DNA of 64,000 nt from Botryllus schlosseri (taxonomy: Eukaryota). A model generated the notes under the pieces. The model had not been told where the DNA came from and did no database searches. It was given only the letters and a program-made list of their open reading frames with translations. The DNA is taken from assembly GCA_051294905.1 (NCBI GenBank), contig CM119378.1, positions 19,158,001-19,222,000 on the forward strand. The letters run 5' to 3'. Shown in pieces: positions 50,001 to 61,333 of the stretch (positions are counted from its first letter, which is position 1; the number at the start of each line of letters is the position of its first letter). Made by a program: the position numbers and the translations under genes.

Positions 50001-53000
50001 GGAAAAAGAAAGAATACGTGGAAGCACTCGAAAGACGGTGAGAATCTTTGCCTCTTCGCCATGTTCCAGCCTGGTACTGAGTACTATTTGCTCAGCGTGC
50101 TGTTGCAGTTTAAAATACGTGGGGTTAACACTGTGTGAATGATCGTATGGCAATCGGCACGCGGTCGGTTATCGTAACAACGGCCATTTGAGCAAGCTTG
50201 TGAACACTGTCCTTTTTTATTATCGCCCGTTATCTTTGGATGTAGCCGCTCGTTGGATTTGGTTTCTGATGTTACGATGGTAGACTAGGGCGTGTGTTTG
50301 CTACGTGGTGGCGATAGGTTTGTAATAATCTGTAACTCTCGAGTTGTACTTTATCGGGTTATATCTATTAGTGCAATTTGTTGACGTGCTGCAACTTGCT
50401 ATAGGTCAATTTGGTGGTCCTTGGACATATGAGCATGTAGCATAAGATCATGCCACAGTTCGTCATGCGACAATTTAACGAGTGTGCTAAATTCATGATT
50501 AAAGTTGGGTTGTGGTTCGATCAGGCTAGGGTTGAGTGTGGGTGCAGGTGAATTTCGAGATTAGGGGTTGTTCAAGGTTATACATTTACGAGCTAAAGTG
50601 TCGCATGCCCAACTGTTGTTTTCCATTGCGTCGCATGCTTGAATGTCGTGCAATCAAGTTTGTTATAATATGATCTGCTTTTATGGTTAAGAATTTGAAT
50701 AGGTACCCCACTAGATGCGCGCGGATTAGTCACGGCTACATTCGATCATGGCGTATGTTAATACAACTTTAAGCCCTCGTGACTGGATAAGCTACCGCGC
50801 GAAAGCTGGGATTCGGATTTAGACTAGGATTTTTAAGTGAAAAAATGATTACGCGCTCAATTTCCGGAGACACGCCCTATTGTCATGGGTTAAGATTGTA
50901 TTTATTATGAAATTGCATATACCTGGCACACTGGTGCAGTCTGCTTAGCATTCGGCAGGTTTCCCTAAATCCCGGTTTCGATTCATTTCAGAATGGAAAG
51001 TTTCAATCAAGAGAACGGGGACCTGCGACGTAAGTTAGACTCGCTCGAGGACAGCAATCAGACGCTGATGGAACAGCTGAGGTCGCTGCAGAGGCTAGTC
51101 GCGGAAAACCTGCCAAAGCAAACCACTCAGGCCGGCACTCAAACCAGCAGTTGCCTCATGGTTAGTTGTCATTCGCTGCATGTCTTTGTAGCGCAATTGA
51201 GAGCAGTCTGGCGTCTCGTTATTTCCCTGCGTGGCGGCGGAACTGGTCGGCACCGTATTTCGTGTGACATCCGAACGCTCTTGCTGTAAACAGGGACATC
51301 TAGAACTAGATACCCTTGGCTTAAAGCCGTTCTTTCCTTGTTTGACCTCGAATTTCTTTTTACTCTTGGATCATCTCAGGCGCACGAAATAAGGCGGTGT
51401 TTTTAAATAGCCGGGTGTCCCTTCGCTTCATTATATTGCAAGGTCCTTCTAACTGAAACTTGATAGGTTATGCGCGCGTTTATATTCAACGCGTTTTATA
51501 TACATTCTAATAGTTCATTCTAATAGTTTCTAATAGTTTCTTCATTTCAAAACCTCCACAAGATTTCGATAAAATGAAAGGCAGGAAAGAGTTAAAACGA
51601 TTATAGTTTTTCAAACAAACACCTGCCGGACATAGCACATGTCATGTAGGGCCTACATGCCATGTGCTATGCTGCATAGTAGGTATGCTGAATTGAAATT
51701 TACAGAAGAAAACATAACAAGGACAAGCGATGAAAATCAAGTGGTATTTGTCGGTAGGCGAAAGAAACCTGTCAGATAATTCTTCGTTTTTTTCTGAACA
51801 TACCAGTATTATTCGGCTTGTGACAGGTCTGCGTGAACGCATAGGCTACTCACGATGCCCTTGGACGGCAACTATAAATCTTGGGTCACCCCGAGAACTT
51901 AGTTTATCTGAAATCTTGGACATGTGGTTTGGTTCCAGGTTGTGGTGCTGTGTTTCGCGGTGTTCCTCGGCGGATGGCTGCCTTTCTTGACCCCGTTCAT
52001 GGCCGGAAGCCAGAGCCAGATGCCGTACCAACCATCGACGGATGTTTCAAAGACTTGTAAGTGTTGATGGAAATGGTAGTATCGTGTGTTGGGATTACGA
52101 TTATTTGTCGGTTTCAGGGCGGTCGAGAGTGCTGGTGTCGTATGCCGATGACGCGTGGAACGACGATGGGTATTGTGACGTCGAAGGTTGCTTTGAAGAT
52201 CGCTTCTTCGATGATATCGCCAAGAGCTCGTTTTCCGAGGACTTGCTGCATGCCGAGGACGCCTCAGGTATGATTGGTATATACTTCGTTATGACAACTT
52301 GAATCCGGCTTTGTCCACCTGGCGTTTCGCTCCAACCTTTTAACCCTTTATCCACCTACCCATTTGTTTTGTAACGAAGTCCAATCGATGTTGACAAGTC
52401 CTTTTTCGATGTGAAATCTCAAAATGACATGAAGTTAGGTACTATGTCGATATATGCAAAAGGTAAATATCCATGATTCGTGGTCACGTTCCGGATTTTT
52501 ACCTGCTCATGTTTCGTTGGTTGTTGATCGTTTTAAATTGAACAAATGTACTGATGGAGTTCATACGGATTGTTTCTATTTCGTTTATATTGGTTTCATC
52601 CAGACTTGAAGTCAGTTGAATAATTGTTAACCGTATCCAACACATACAATACTGACCATTTAAAACTAGTGGTAAGAACTGCTGACGGAAGGGTATACGC
52701 CAAGTGCATTAATGTAAAAGTCGACACGCTAATTCACCAACGAAGCTGTTACATTATATATGTGGTTGTTAACCTAACGCTGCAAGCCTTCATTGAGCTA
52801 CAAATATTCACCTAGCCACAAAAACAAATATCTAACACATTACACACCAATACATTATTATTATTATTGGATACTGTGCACATAATGAACTCTGCATCAC
52901 TTGCATTGTAGAAAAAACACTAAAACATGATGTCCACACATAACAAAATGATTATACTGAATCGTGGCCTGCGATATCTGCAAATCGGTGTCTCTTGAGC

Positions 53001-54097
53001 ACCAGCCAGCTCCTGAAACTGGATCAGAGAGCCCTCCCTCGTAGTCTATATGATCACGCGCCTACGCTTGTGGAATAATAGAGAAGACCAAAAACATCGG
53101 ATATTCGTTCAGAACAAGAAGTTCTCGAGGGCGGGGATACGTACGATGAGCCGGCGTCTGGAAGAGTAGTGACCAACGAGACGAAGGACCAACTCGGGCA
53201 AGTGATCGCCAACACGATGGAACCGCGCGACGTTGCGGCCGTTCTAGCGAGGTACGTCAACTTCTTGTATCTTCCAGCTTGGATCATCGCAAGTCAGATA
53301 GAACTTGACGATGATTGGATTTGAATCGATATCTAGCTTGGTTGCGTTTGATGCAGTACACCTGAACAACTAACGGTATTCTGTGCGTGGCCGGATGTAT
53401 TGAAATAATCCCGTTGGTGTAAAAGAGCGTGATGCTACGCGGATTTTAACCCGGATCTGCTGAAGGGCCCTTGGTCGAGAGGCTCTTAATCGGACGACAC
53501 CTGCTCTTTACCGACCTCCGGCGGTGGCGTCCTCGAGTTTTCGGCGATTCCGTGGCCGGTAATTTAATATTCGTTTGTTGCTCCTCTGGTAGAAGTAAAA
53601 CTTATTCCGTGAATTTTTACCGAAACCCTAGAATAACAATTCCAAATACGTGTCAAACCTACTCTTGAGTGGAGGTAAGAAATAAACGGTCTGAAGACAA
53701 CTGTCGGGTACTTTGTGGATTTGGTCCAGGGTCGCATACCTTTAGCGGGTAATCGGAAATGATTAGTTCGCAAGAAACTAACGCAAAATGACTAGGGAAG
53801 CTACAAATGGGTGTGATCATCGAAAATATATTTAGGTACCGCGATGCGGGGCAAATTCACGCCGAATAGATCGAGGTTATCAGTGACGGTGAAATTCATC
53901 GGTATTGGCTGAAAATCTGGGTTTAGTTATAACATCCCATGGCCATCCGTGTTTTTCAACTTGTAACTGAACTTTTATCGCTTTTCAGCGGGCGTAAGGT
54001 ACCGGAGGCCGGCGGCAAAATGGAGATGGCCGCCGTGGAGGTGATATCGCAAGAAAACCGAAAGTTCGCGCCCGCCGCGCCGCTGGTCGCCGAGTAA
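32016..54097 (+). CDS. CREB3L2: cAMP-responsive element-binding protein 3-like (CREB3L1/CREB3L2 co-orthologue; ER-anchored bZIP)
   Basis: join(32016-32105,34657-34927,36107-36268,36358-36511,37399-37642,40084-40158,40878-41057,47313-47438,49955-50037,50992-51160,51939-52056,52118-52267,53113-53251,53989-54097) = 2070 nt, 689 aa, phase-consistent from ATG to TAA. Motifs: EHAYSL; IKTEP; [18 protein letters not shown]; [50 protein letters not shown]; [19 protein letters not shown]; RSRVL. L1 versus L2 cannot be separated. Exon 1 and the last two exons rest on splice/phase evidence only. Confidence 0.93.
35125..35963 (+). mobile_element. hAT (Buster-type) MITE with transposase C-terminal trace
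   Basis: TIR CAGGGGTRGGCAAAC; perfect TSD GATTAGGG (35117-35124, 35964-35971); [22 protein letters not shown] at about 35630-35700 resembles the Buster C-terminus. Confidence 0.9.
36875..37356 (-). mobile_element. Older inverted copy of the 26762-28156 hAT family
   Basis: Ends CAGTCTTGTACAATCTA / TAGTTTGTACAAGTGCG; TSD ATTGTAAT/ACTGTAAT (7/8); eroded ACTAGAAC repeats. Confidence 0.75.
40326..40680. mobile_element. hAT (Charlie-type) MITE, degenerate
   Basis: CAGTGGTT.. / ..TTGAGAACCACTG; flanks TTCTAGAT/CTCTAGAA (6/8, nTCTAGAn). Confidence 0.7.
43580..43950 (-). mobile_element. Buster transposase-fragment repeat (copy 3)
   Basis: Similar to 3240-3975; minus-strand fragments [31 protein letters not shown]. 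Confidence 0.5.
49285..49823. mobile_element. hAT-like MITE with GACTCGAGTC subterminal motifs
   Basis: CAGGGTTGTAAC / GTTGCAATCCTG; flanks CTTCGATA/CTTGGATG (6/8); many GAGTC/GACTC motifs. Confidence 0.65.
50416..50655. mobile_element. Older inverted copy of the 15699-16001 MITE
   Basis: GGACATATGAGCATG at the left end; GTTTTCCATTGCGTCGCATGCT is the reverse complement of 15716-15737; G-rich core; flanks AATTTGGT/AAGTTTGT (6/8). Confidence 0.65.
51939..52267 (+). other. Transmembrane anchor and site-1 protease motif exons of the CREB3L gene
   Basis: [20 protein letters not shown] hydrophobic segment, then W-RSRVLVSY (R-x-L-x), separated by a 61-nt intron. Confidence 0.85.
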
Positions 54098-56718
54098 CGA
54101 AACTAGGCTTCGCCGACTCGCCGTGCTCTTCCATACAAAGAACATTAGCTTTCGCGCCGCGCGTGCTCGGCCGGGACCGTCCCGATCTGTGCTTTAGAAC
54201 CGTGCGGTCAGGGTGGAATTTCTTTTGTAGTCAATCCTGCGCCGGGAAGCGGCGCGCGTTAATTTCCGCCAAAAGCCGACTCGCGGATGTTGAAGACTTT
54301 TCTCGCGGAGGTGTTTTTCCAACCGCATATCCAGCGCGCGCTAGGAGAGCGCCCTTCCATCAGATCGAAAACGATGCCGACACGAACACGATACGATTAC
54401 TGAAACAGGCTTGATCAATTCGACGTGGACTTAAACAAATTTTTTTCACTGACGGTTTAAATTGTTGCCAAAAACTTAACTATAGATATTGTTATTATGT
54501 TGTTTCCTATATTTCTTCCCGTATTACCGCGGTCTTATATATATATGTGTGTGTGTCGCTTTCTATTTGAATATTAATATGATATAATCGTTATCGAGAG
54601 TTTAAAATGGAGTGTATTGTCAGGAATATGGTATAATAGTTGTGTAGCTGTATAATTCTATCGTAGATTCCTATGTGATTATGTATCGATTAGTCGTAAT
54701 GGATTTATTTTACTCTTATCTTATGTTTGTGCGGTAACTATGACTAACCTTTCCAATTTTAGCAAAATCGGGATTTCTTCTGATGGGGTCCGATTCGATT
54801 TCGTATAAGCTGCCATATTTGTGCGCTTTGAAAAAGTCATTTCCGATCTGCCCGGTGTAGCATCGGTAGCCATGATGAGGTTGCAAAAAAGGATGTATAC
54901 TGTGTCCTAATGATTTTGGTGCTTTGGAAGCTAGCAAGCTTTACTGTTGTATAAAATGTTTGTTGGGTGTCGTTAGGAATTGTATAATTTCCGTGTTCTT
55001 GAGTTTTTCGACGAGAAATTAGTCTGGGGGTCTCGTGCAATGACGTTGACGTACTCGACGAGTGGTCCTTTGTACGTGGCGAATAATATGCTGCTATTTT
55101 ATAAGGAAACGGGTGTACAGTTGTGAATTTCTTAAGATTAATTTATGTGGTGTGCACGGCGGTTATCTCGGTGTTTTAGGACAGCGGCACATCCTAAGCA
55201 ACATGCGCGGTGCGTACTTTTCGATTTGAACAGCGCTTGCTACTTGATATCGCTGTGATCGGGGTCGATATGGAATCGCCATACACTTCGGAATTTACTG
55301 CTTGATCAGTTTGATCACGAATCACCACCGTACGTGTGTCTGTTTCTGTTGTGTCGTTTGAAAAATGGATTTACTTGTGCCGCTGATACTGTTTCATCTT
55401 TTTGCTTACAACTGGTGCCTTACGTCTCACTCCTTTGATGAACGCTTATAGATATTCCTGTCGAAGAATCGTGTATATTGTGAATATTTGCGACGGTCTT
55501 TGAGCCAAGACTTTCGCTATCTTGGCGTAGAATCGATGTATATTTGCTTCCGATATTGCGTTGACAGTCGCAGCCCATACGGGTCTTTTCACTAATGAAA
55601 CTTAACACGATTACTGGCTGACTTCTTGCTTTGCGTAGGGCTAGCTAGGGCGGTGGTGCGTGTTATGGGAAAATAATTTGAGGAACATCTGCGGTTGGCG
55701 TTGGAGCGTGTGTGCTTTCCTTGTTTTCAAACCATAAACAATAGCGTGAATGAGAGAACGTGGAGATTACTTGGTCAATCGCCTGTGACAACGGCTTCGT
55801 TACGGCAGTTATGAGGCTCCAACTATGCACTTGTAGTCGTTTCTTCTGGCTGTGAGTCCAGCTTTTCCATAGATAATATTGTAGATGCGGAGTTTAGAAT
55901 GCAGACCGGCAAACTGGGTGGCCTCAGCTACCGAATTGCAGTCTTGAATACGGTAGCTTGACTTCTAGTAGTTGTAAGTCTCTTGGAGGAACACAGCTTC
56001 AGTATACAATGATATATTCATATCGAAGTAAACCACAATATTTTCTACCGACGCTCATCAGGGGTATGTTAGTCGAGAGCTACTAGTAGAGAATTGAAAA
56101 GAAGTTTGCATATCAACGACAATCATATCATTAAATATGACGTCACCGACTTGAAAATTCGTAGTAGCCGATTCCATTCCATGTAGGGATGGTGTGAAGT
56201 GTGAACGTCTGAAAGGTTCAGCAGCCAGTACAATTTGAGAAAAAAGTCATTTTTGAAGAACCCTAATCTTGATGGGTTTGATTTAGAACATATGCCATTA
56301 GACTCGTATTGAATTAGCATACCGAATGTACTCAGTGATGCACATGTAGATTGTTAATATCTTTTCATGCATTTGTAGGCCAACATCGTTGCACCAGCAA
56401 CGACAAAACGACCATGCATTATGAATTTAAACTAGGGAGTCGAATGTTGGATCGCTGGTTTAGATTAGATGTAAGCGTAAAGTGAATGCAGTGAGCTGAC
56501 TTATGAAGAATTGATCATGCTCCCCGGTTACTATGAGGGTGTGTCAGGCGCCCAGTTCATGCGCGACACATCAAATGTAAGCTGCGTAACAGACCCTGAT
56601 CCTGATATAATTTACGCAGATATGCAAGTAGTGCCTATGTGACATAAGGACAACTGGGCTCGCCAACTTACCATAAGCTGTCTCGTGCAAGAGCGTGGGT
56701 TCCCGGTTATTGCTCGCT

Positions 56719-59700
56719 ATGAGAGTATATCGAATGAAGAGAATTGTAATCTTTCTAGTCACTGTTGCCTTGGGACTAGGAATTTTCGGTGTTTACAAGT
56801 CAAGCTATATTGAGGTGATCAGGGTACGCTTCTGTTTTCGCAAAGGCTTGTATAATATTTGTTCCGGCAGGTAATTTTGTCTTCATACACGCGAGATGGG
56901 CAGATCGGGAGCTTGCAAACACGACAAAACGCTGATGGAACATCACTGGATGAACGTCATCCATTCCCTAGGCCCGTTGGTCCCTTCGTTCGAAATGAGA
57001 TGAACCTTATTGCACGAAACGACATTGGATTTGAGGATAAAATGGATCGAATCGCTCGGTTAAGGTAAGTTGCCAATACACGTAGTGTGAACACCGAACA
57101 GTGAACATGGACACTCGGGACTATTTATGGTTGTTAACTTATCTATCATGTCGGAAATATGGAAAATGTTGTCTAATAACTGCTGCCGTGATTTCAGCTC
57201 ATGTTGGCGAACTTCACTTTTATGCCCACTGCTTATAGATTATTATATATATATCACTTGTATTCAGGCAACAAAGGTTGGAAGACTCGTGTTTATCATT
57301 TAATCTTACCAAGCATCAACCCCCGGGATTTTCGATATCAGATATTCCTTACAAACCTGTGGTAAGTCTAGGGTTGCATTTAAAACAAACGGTGTTTTAA
57401 AGAAATGCCTTTAAATAAATTGTTTTTTTTTTCAAACGTTGTCCAATTATGCCATAACTGCGCAAATACTTTCGATAGAACCTGTAGTATGAGCGCAAAG
57501 ACGATTTGCACCCAATATAGTCAACGTATATGCGATGTGGGGTGGCAGGAACCCGCGAAATCGTCGTCGATTCAAAAGTTATAGCATGCAGATATAGATC
57601 ATTGGTACGGACTGGGTGTTCAGATGATGAAGACCGCCGTCAGTAAAAATCCTGCATAACAATGCAGTCCCAGTTAATTTATTGTTGGTCGGTTTATGAC
57701 ATTGGGCGGAAGCCGTTTTCGTCGAAGGAGCCATATTTACCCCATATTTTCAATTGTCAATGTCAATCCACTGTGGCGTCACAATTATAATTAATAACAA
57801 AAACATGTTTTAAACAAGGGCCCTATTTTAACCATGTTTGTTTTAAATTGATTTTTGTTTTAAATGCAACCCTAGGTAAGTCAGCCATACATATGAGCAT
57901 AATCACCGACGTCTATTGATGATGTCAGCTATGTAGTATAGCAGCGGTTCCCATACTATTTCTGCTGACGCTGCCCCCGTGAATTCAGAGTACATATTAC
58001 AAAACTCTGAAATCGTTTAATATGAACAATTTGCTTGTTTCGTTATGCACAATTTACCAAACTTCGGTACAATGTGTGATATTGTAATTAGACACGGGGT
58101 GAAAGTCAATAATCTATTGAGATGAGACTGCATGACAAGACATTTTAACGTTACTTAATTTGCTTCTTCCTTCACCATTATCCATTGCCCAACTTTTTTC
58201 GTTAAATAGTTTTGGCACCCAACAATTTTCATTCTATCTAGCTGCAGATCTAAAATGGCATATGGCGTCCATGTATGACCATGGCCACAGATCAGAGGAG
58301 AAGTCATGAATCATGAATAAACTTTGACAAAAATTCTCCATTCCATGTTAATTTAGGAAAAATTTCTCGGGATGCAAGTTCACCGTAAATTATTATTAAT
58401 GATATCTAACTTCGAAAATTATCGCGCGGGCCACCCAGAACATTCTCATGCGTCCCGCGGTCATGGATTCGCGACCCCTGGTTTAGATCACGACATTCTC
58501 GTTTTAGTACCGTTATTGACTTGTTAGTCAGAGACAGAAGTAAACTCTTATACAGGAATTTGTCCCATGTGCATCAGTACTCATCCGGTCCATTCCAGAT
58601 AATATACCCGATACGTCTACAATTCTAACAGAAGGTATTGAAAATTATTGGTATCGTTCGATATTTTTAAAACGACTCATAGTTTATTATGATTATTTTT
58701 CGAACGCAATCTTTCCAGTTACTATGGCTCGTATATAACTATTAGGGATGGTGTGAACGTGAGGTTCACGTTCGCGTTCTGTGTGTGAGCCTTGGAAACT
58801 AAGAGGTTCACGTTCACAAACGAACCTTGGTAGGTTCTGCACTGTGAACCTTTTTAATGGATTACCATTTTTCACGTCATTATAACATTTTTGGTTGAAA
58901 TTCTTTGCATTCCTACTTTGCAGCACTCTATGCATGGCGCTGGAAGAATAAAAAAATCAACATCAAACGGGAATGCACCTTGCCAATCTCAAAAATTTGC
59001 TCGAAATATCCAGCCTTCCGTTTGGGAATATTTCGTTGTGAGCTTGACCCGCACTCACACAACATCAAGAGCGAAATACACTACATGTAGTCAGCGAATA
59101 ATTCTTACTGAACCAATCAAAGAAATTGCCATCGTTGTCTGATGTAAAAAAATCTAGCAGGCGTACGGGGTCAATCTTGATTTCATATGTTATTGTATCA
59201 TAAAAAACCAAATCTGTGCGTTGGGAGTGTTGGCTACTTCTGATTACCTTGTTAATGGAATAATATCGGTATAAGTTTAACACTCTGCTCAATCTCAACG
59301 TAGCAATACTCAAGACGCAGAATACATTGTCCGGTCTGGCCTGTACCGTAAGCTTATATTCCCTTGCAAGTCCTCGTCGAAATTGTTGACAAAGTAACGG
59401 AAGATATCGATTTTACTTCAGGACTGTGGCATTATGTGGCCTGAGTCGTCGCTAGGTATAATGTACATAAACATAGGCTATAGAGTAGTAGTATAGTATA
59501 GGCTAATGTAGGGTTGGAATTAGCAATATGACGTCACGTGACGTCATGAAGTTCACGTTCGTGTTCACACAGAACCTTTCAAAAAGGTTCACGTTCACAC
59601 GGACCTGAACCTTTCAGAGGTTCACACCATCCCTAACTATAGCAATCCTGAAACATGTGTATTGTGTATTTGTAGTTTTACTAGCCACAAGTAATATCTG

Positions 59701-61333
59701 AAATCTTAATGTAACGATGAGACTATATATTTCTAGTTAGTAGCTTCGGATGTTCATAAAGCAATTTTCTGCTTTACTGGGGATATCTACAGCGAAATGT
59801 GGCGAGAAATACTCGGATCGGAAAATTTAAGGTGAGTGTTATTGGAACCTTTATCGTTCAAAACTCATCACAGCGTATAATAGCAGTGATACGGATCATG
59901 GGGCGGAGAGGCTAATTTGATAAGCAGTTGCTCATTACTTTATCAACCCTGGACATACCCGAATTCAGCGAACGTCCATCTTTGTGTCGCTATGTTATTA
60001 TAATGAGAATACAGATGTCAAAAAGGTGCCGCCACCCTGAGAGATATGCGCTTTAAGAATGAGAAATGCTTACGATGAGACACATGCATTTGAAATTGTA
60101 GAACAGAGATTCTCAACTTTATTTAGGAAATGCTCCATGTATAGAGTACTAGAACACTGAAATTCTCTTAGACCTTTCACGGTTGGCTATACTGGATGAT
60201 GACTAAAAACAGGTCAACTCTGCTACCTGGCAGGCGGCAGCCAAATGCACAATCTAACCGTGTAGAATCTGCTCATCCCGGCATGGCAGTAGAGAGCAGG
60301 ACTGCTACAGTCGCATAAGCTGTCATTGAGAGATCCCCCTGTGGGTTTTAGCCTTTGTAAGTCACTCAGGTTTAATAATATTTTCATTGTTTCGAAACAT
60401 CACAAGACTGCGATACAATGAAAAGATAGGAAGGTGTCGAAACAACTTGGAGTAGCCTTTGATATCAGACACCCACCTTAGCCTAGGCGAAGTAAAGTAA
60501 CTACAGTTTTGTTCATATCTCTATATTATTCTGAAGTGGTTGTGCGGTTTTTTGCGTTATTGAATTTTGGTGTTGGGTTGCAGCCAAGTCACAAAGTTGC
60601 AAACTCATGCGGTCACACTGCCGTTTAACTTCTTGTTTAAACGCCTTCGACCTCTGCAGAAACCCAAATGGCGATTTCATAATAACGAACCAAATTACAA
60701 CATACGCGTTTACAGTTAAATCTTTTGCCTTCGTTACAACGTATACACAAGGCAGTCGTGACCTTATGTCGGCGTTAGAGCCAATGTTTCAGCGTCTTAA
60801 AATTGTATTCAATTGTCAATCGTCGCATTTTCCCGCTTCTGTTGTTTGTGAATAACGGTGATGCGTGATGCTCTATGTCTATGATCTGCGATTGTAATAT
60901 AATGTTTATTACTATGTATATTGTATAGGCTTGATAATAATAATTCCTATGCAAAAAAAAAGGTATAAGAGGTAAAGAAACACTCTGGTATCTTTTGCGT
61001 AGTCGGACCTGCAGGCGATCAAATGATTTGAATCCGGCCAGCGGAAGAAGCTCATTTAGTTTGACAACCTTGAATTTTACACTTTCATCTCATCAAATAC
61101 GCCCGTCGCCCGCGAGTGCATTTGGGTTTGAAACCCCTGGACAAGATCAGAAGAATTTGCGATTATCTTTACAATTTCAGGTCGATTTACAGTTACCGGC
61201 GAGAATCGATTGCTTATAGAATGAAGTATTATTACAAGTTCTTGGTGATTCAAGACCCGCTCATCCGTCTGATGGATGCTTACCAGTATGGGTTACGATC
61301 GGACGAACGTCACGTTTTCGATGTCAAGAACAT
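56719..61333 (+). CDS. Carbohydrate sulfotransferase-like (CHST8-14 / Sulfotransfer_2 family), type II membrane, 3'-partial, exon 4 ambiguous
   Basis: Exons 56719-56814, 56871-57064, 57268-57361, [58508/58528-58576 or 59304-59347], 59793-59831, 61181-61333. Signal anchor MKRIVIFLVTVALGLGIFGVY; stem RLRQQRLEDSC; SENLRSIYSYRRESIAYRMKYYYKFLVIQDPLIRLMDAY parallels CHST11 [37 protein letters not shown] (from memory). Confidence 0.78.
57369..57874. mobile_element. hAT MITE inserted in a splice donor
   Basis: Perfect 21-bp TIR TAGGGTTGCATTTAAAACAAA; perfect TSD GGTAAGTC (57361-57368, 57875-57882). Confidence 0.92.
58743..59635 (+). mobile_element. TIR element (hAT-like) with BED-finger trace and short TSD
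   Basis: Perfect 16-bp TIR TAGGGATGGTGTGAAC; GTTCAC/GTGAAC subterminal motifs; SVWEYF at 59017-59034; flanking repeat ACTAT. Confidence 0.85.

Larger units (their letters stand above)
47313..51160 (+). other. ATB plus bZIP domain exons of the CREB3L gene (47313-47438, 49955-50037, 50992-51160)
   Basis: Basic region [25 protein letters not shown] and zipper [38 protein letters not shown]. Confidence 0.95.

Noticed and set aside
52985-53112. Extra or longer CREB3L lumenal exon
   Set aside because: There are stops in all useful frames. Only the acceptor at 53112 matches the phase-1 donor at 52267.
55811-56470. Alternative first coding exons for the sulfotransferase-like gene (MRLQLCTCSRFFWL; GQHRCTS...RLD)
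   Set aside because: Their phases do not connect and they lack a signal anchor, whereas 56719-56814 provides a clear one. They could still be 5' UTR exons.
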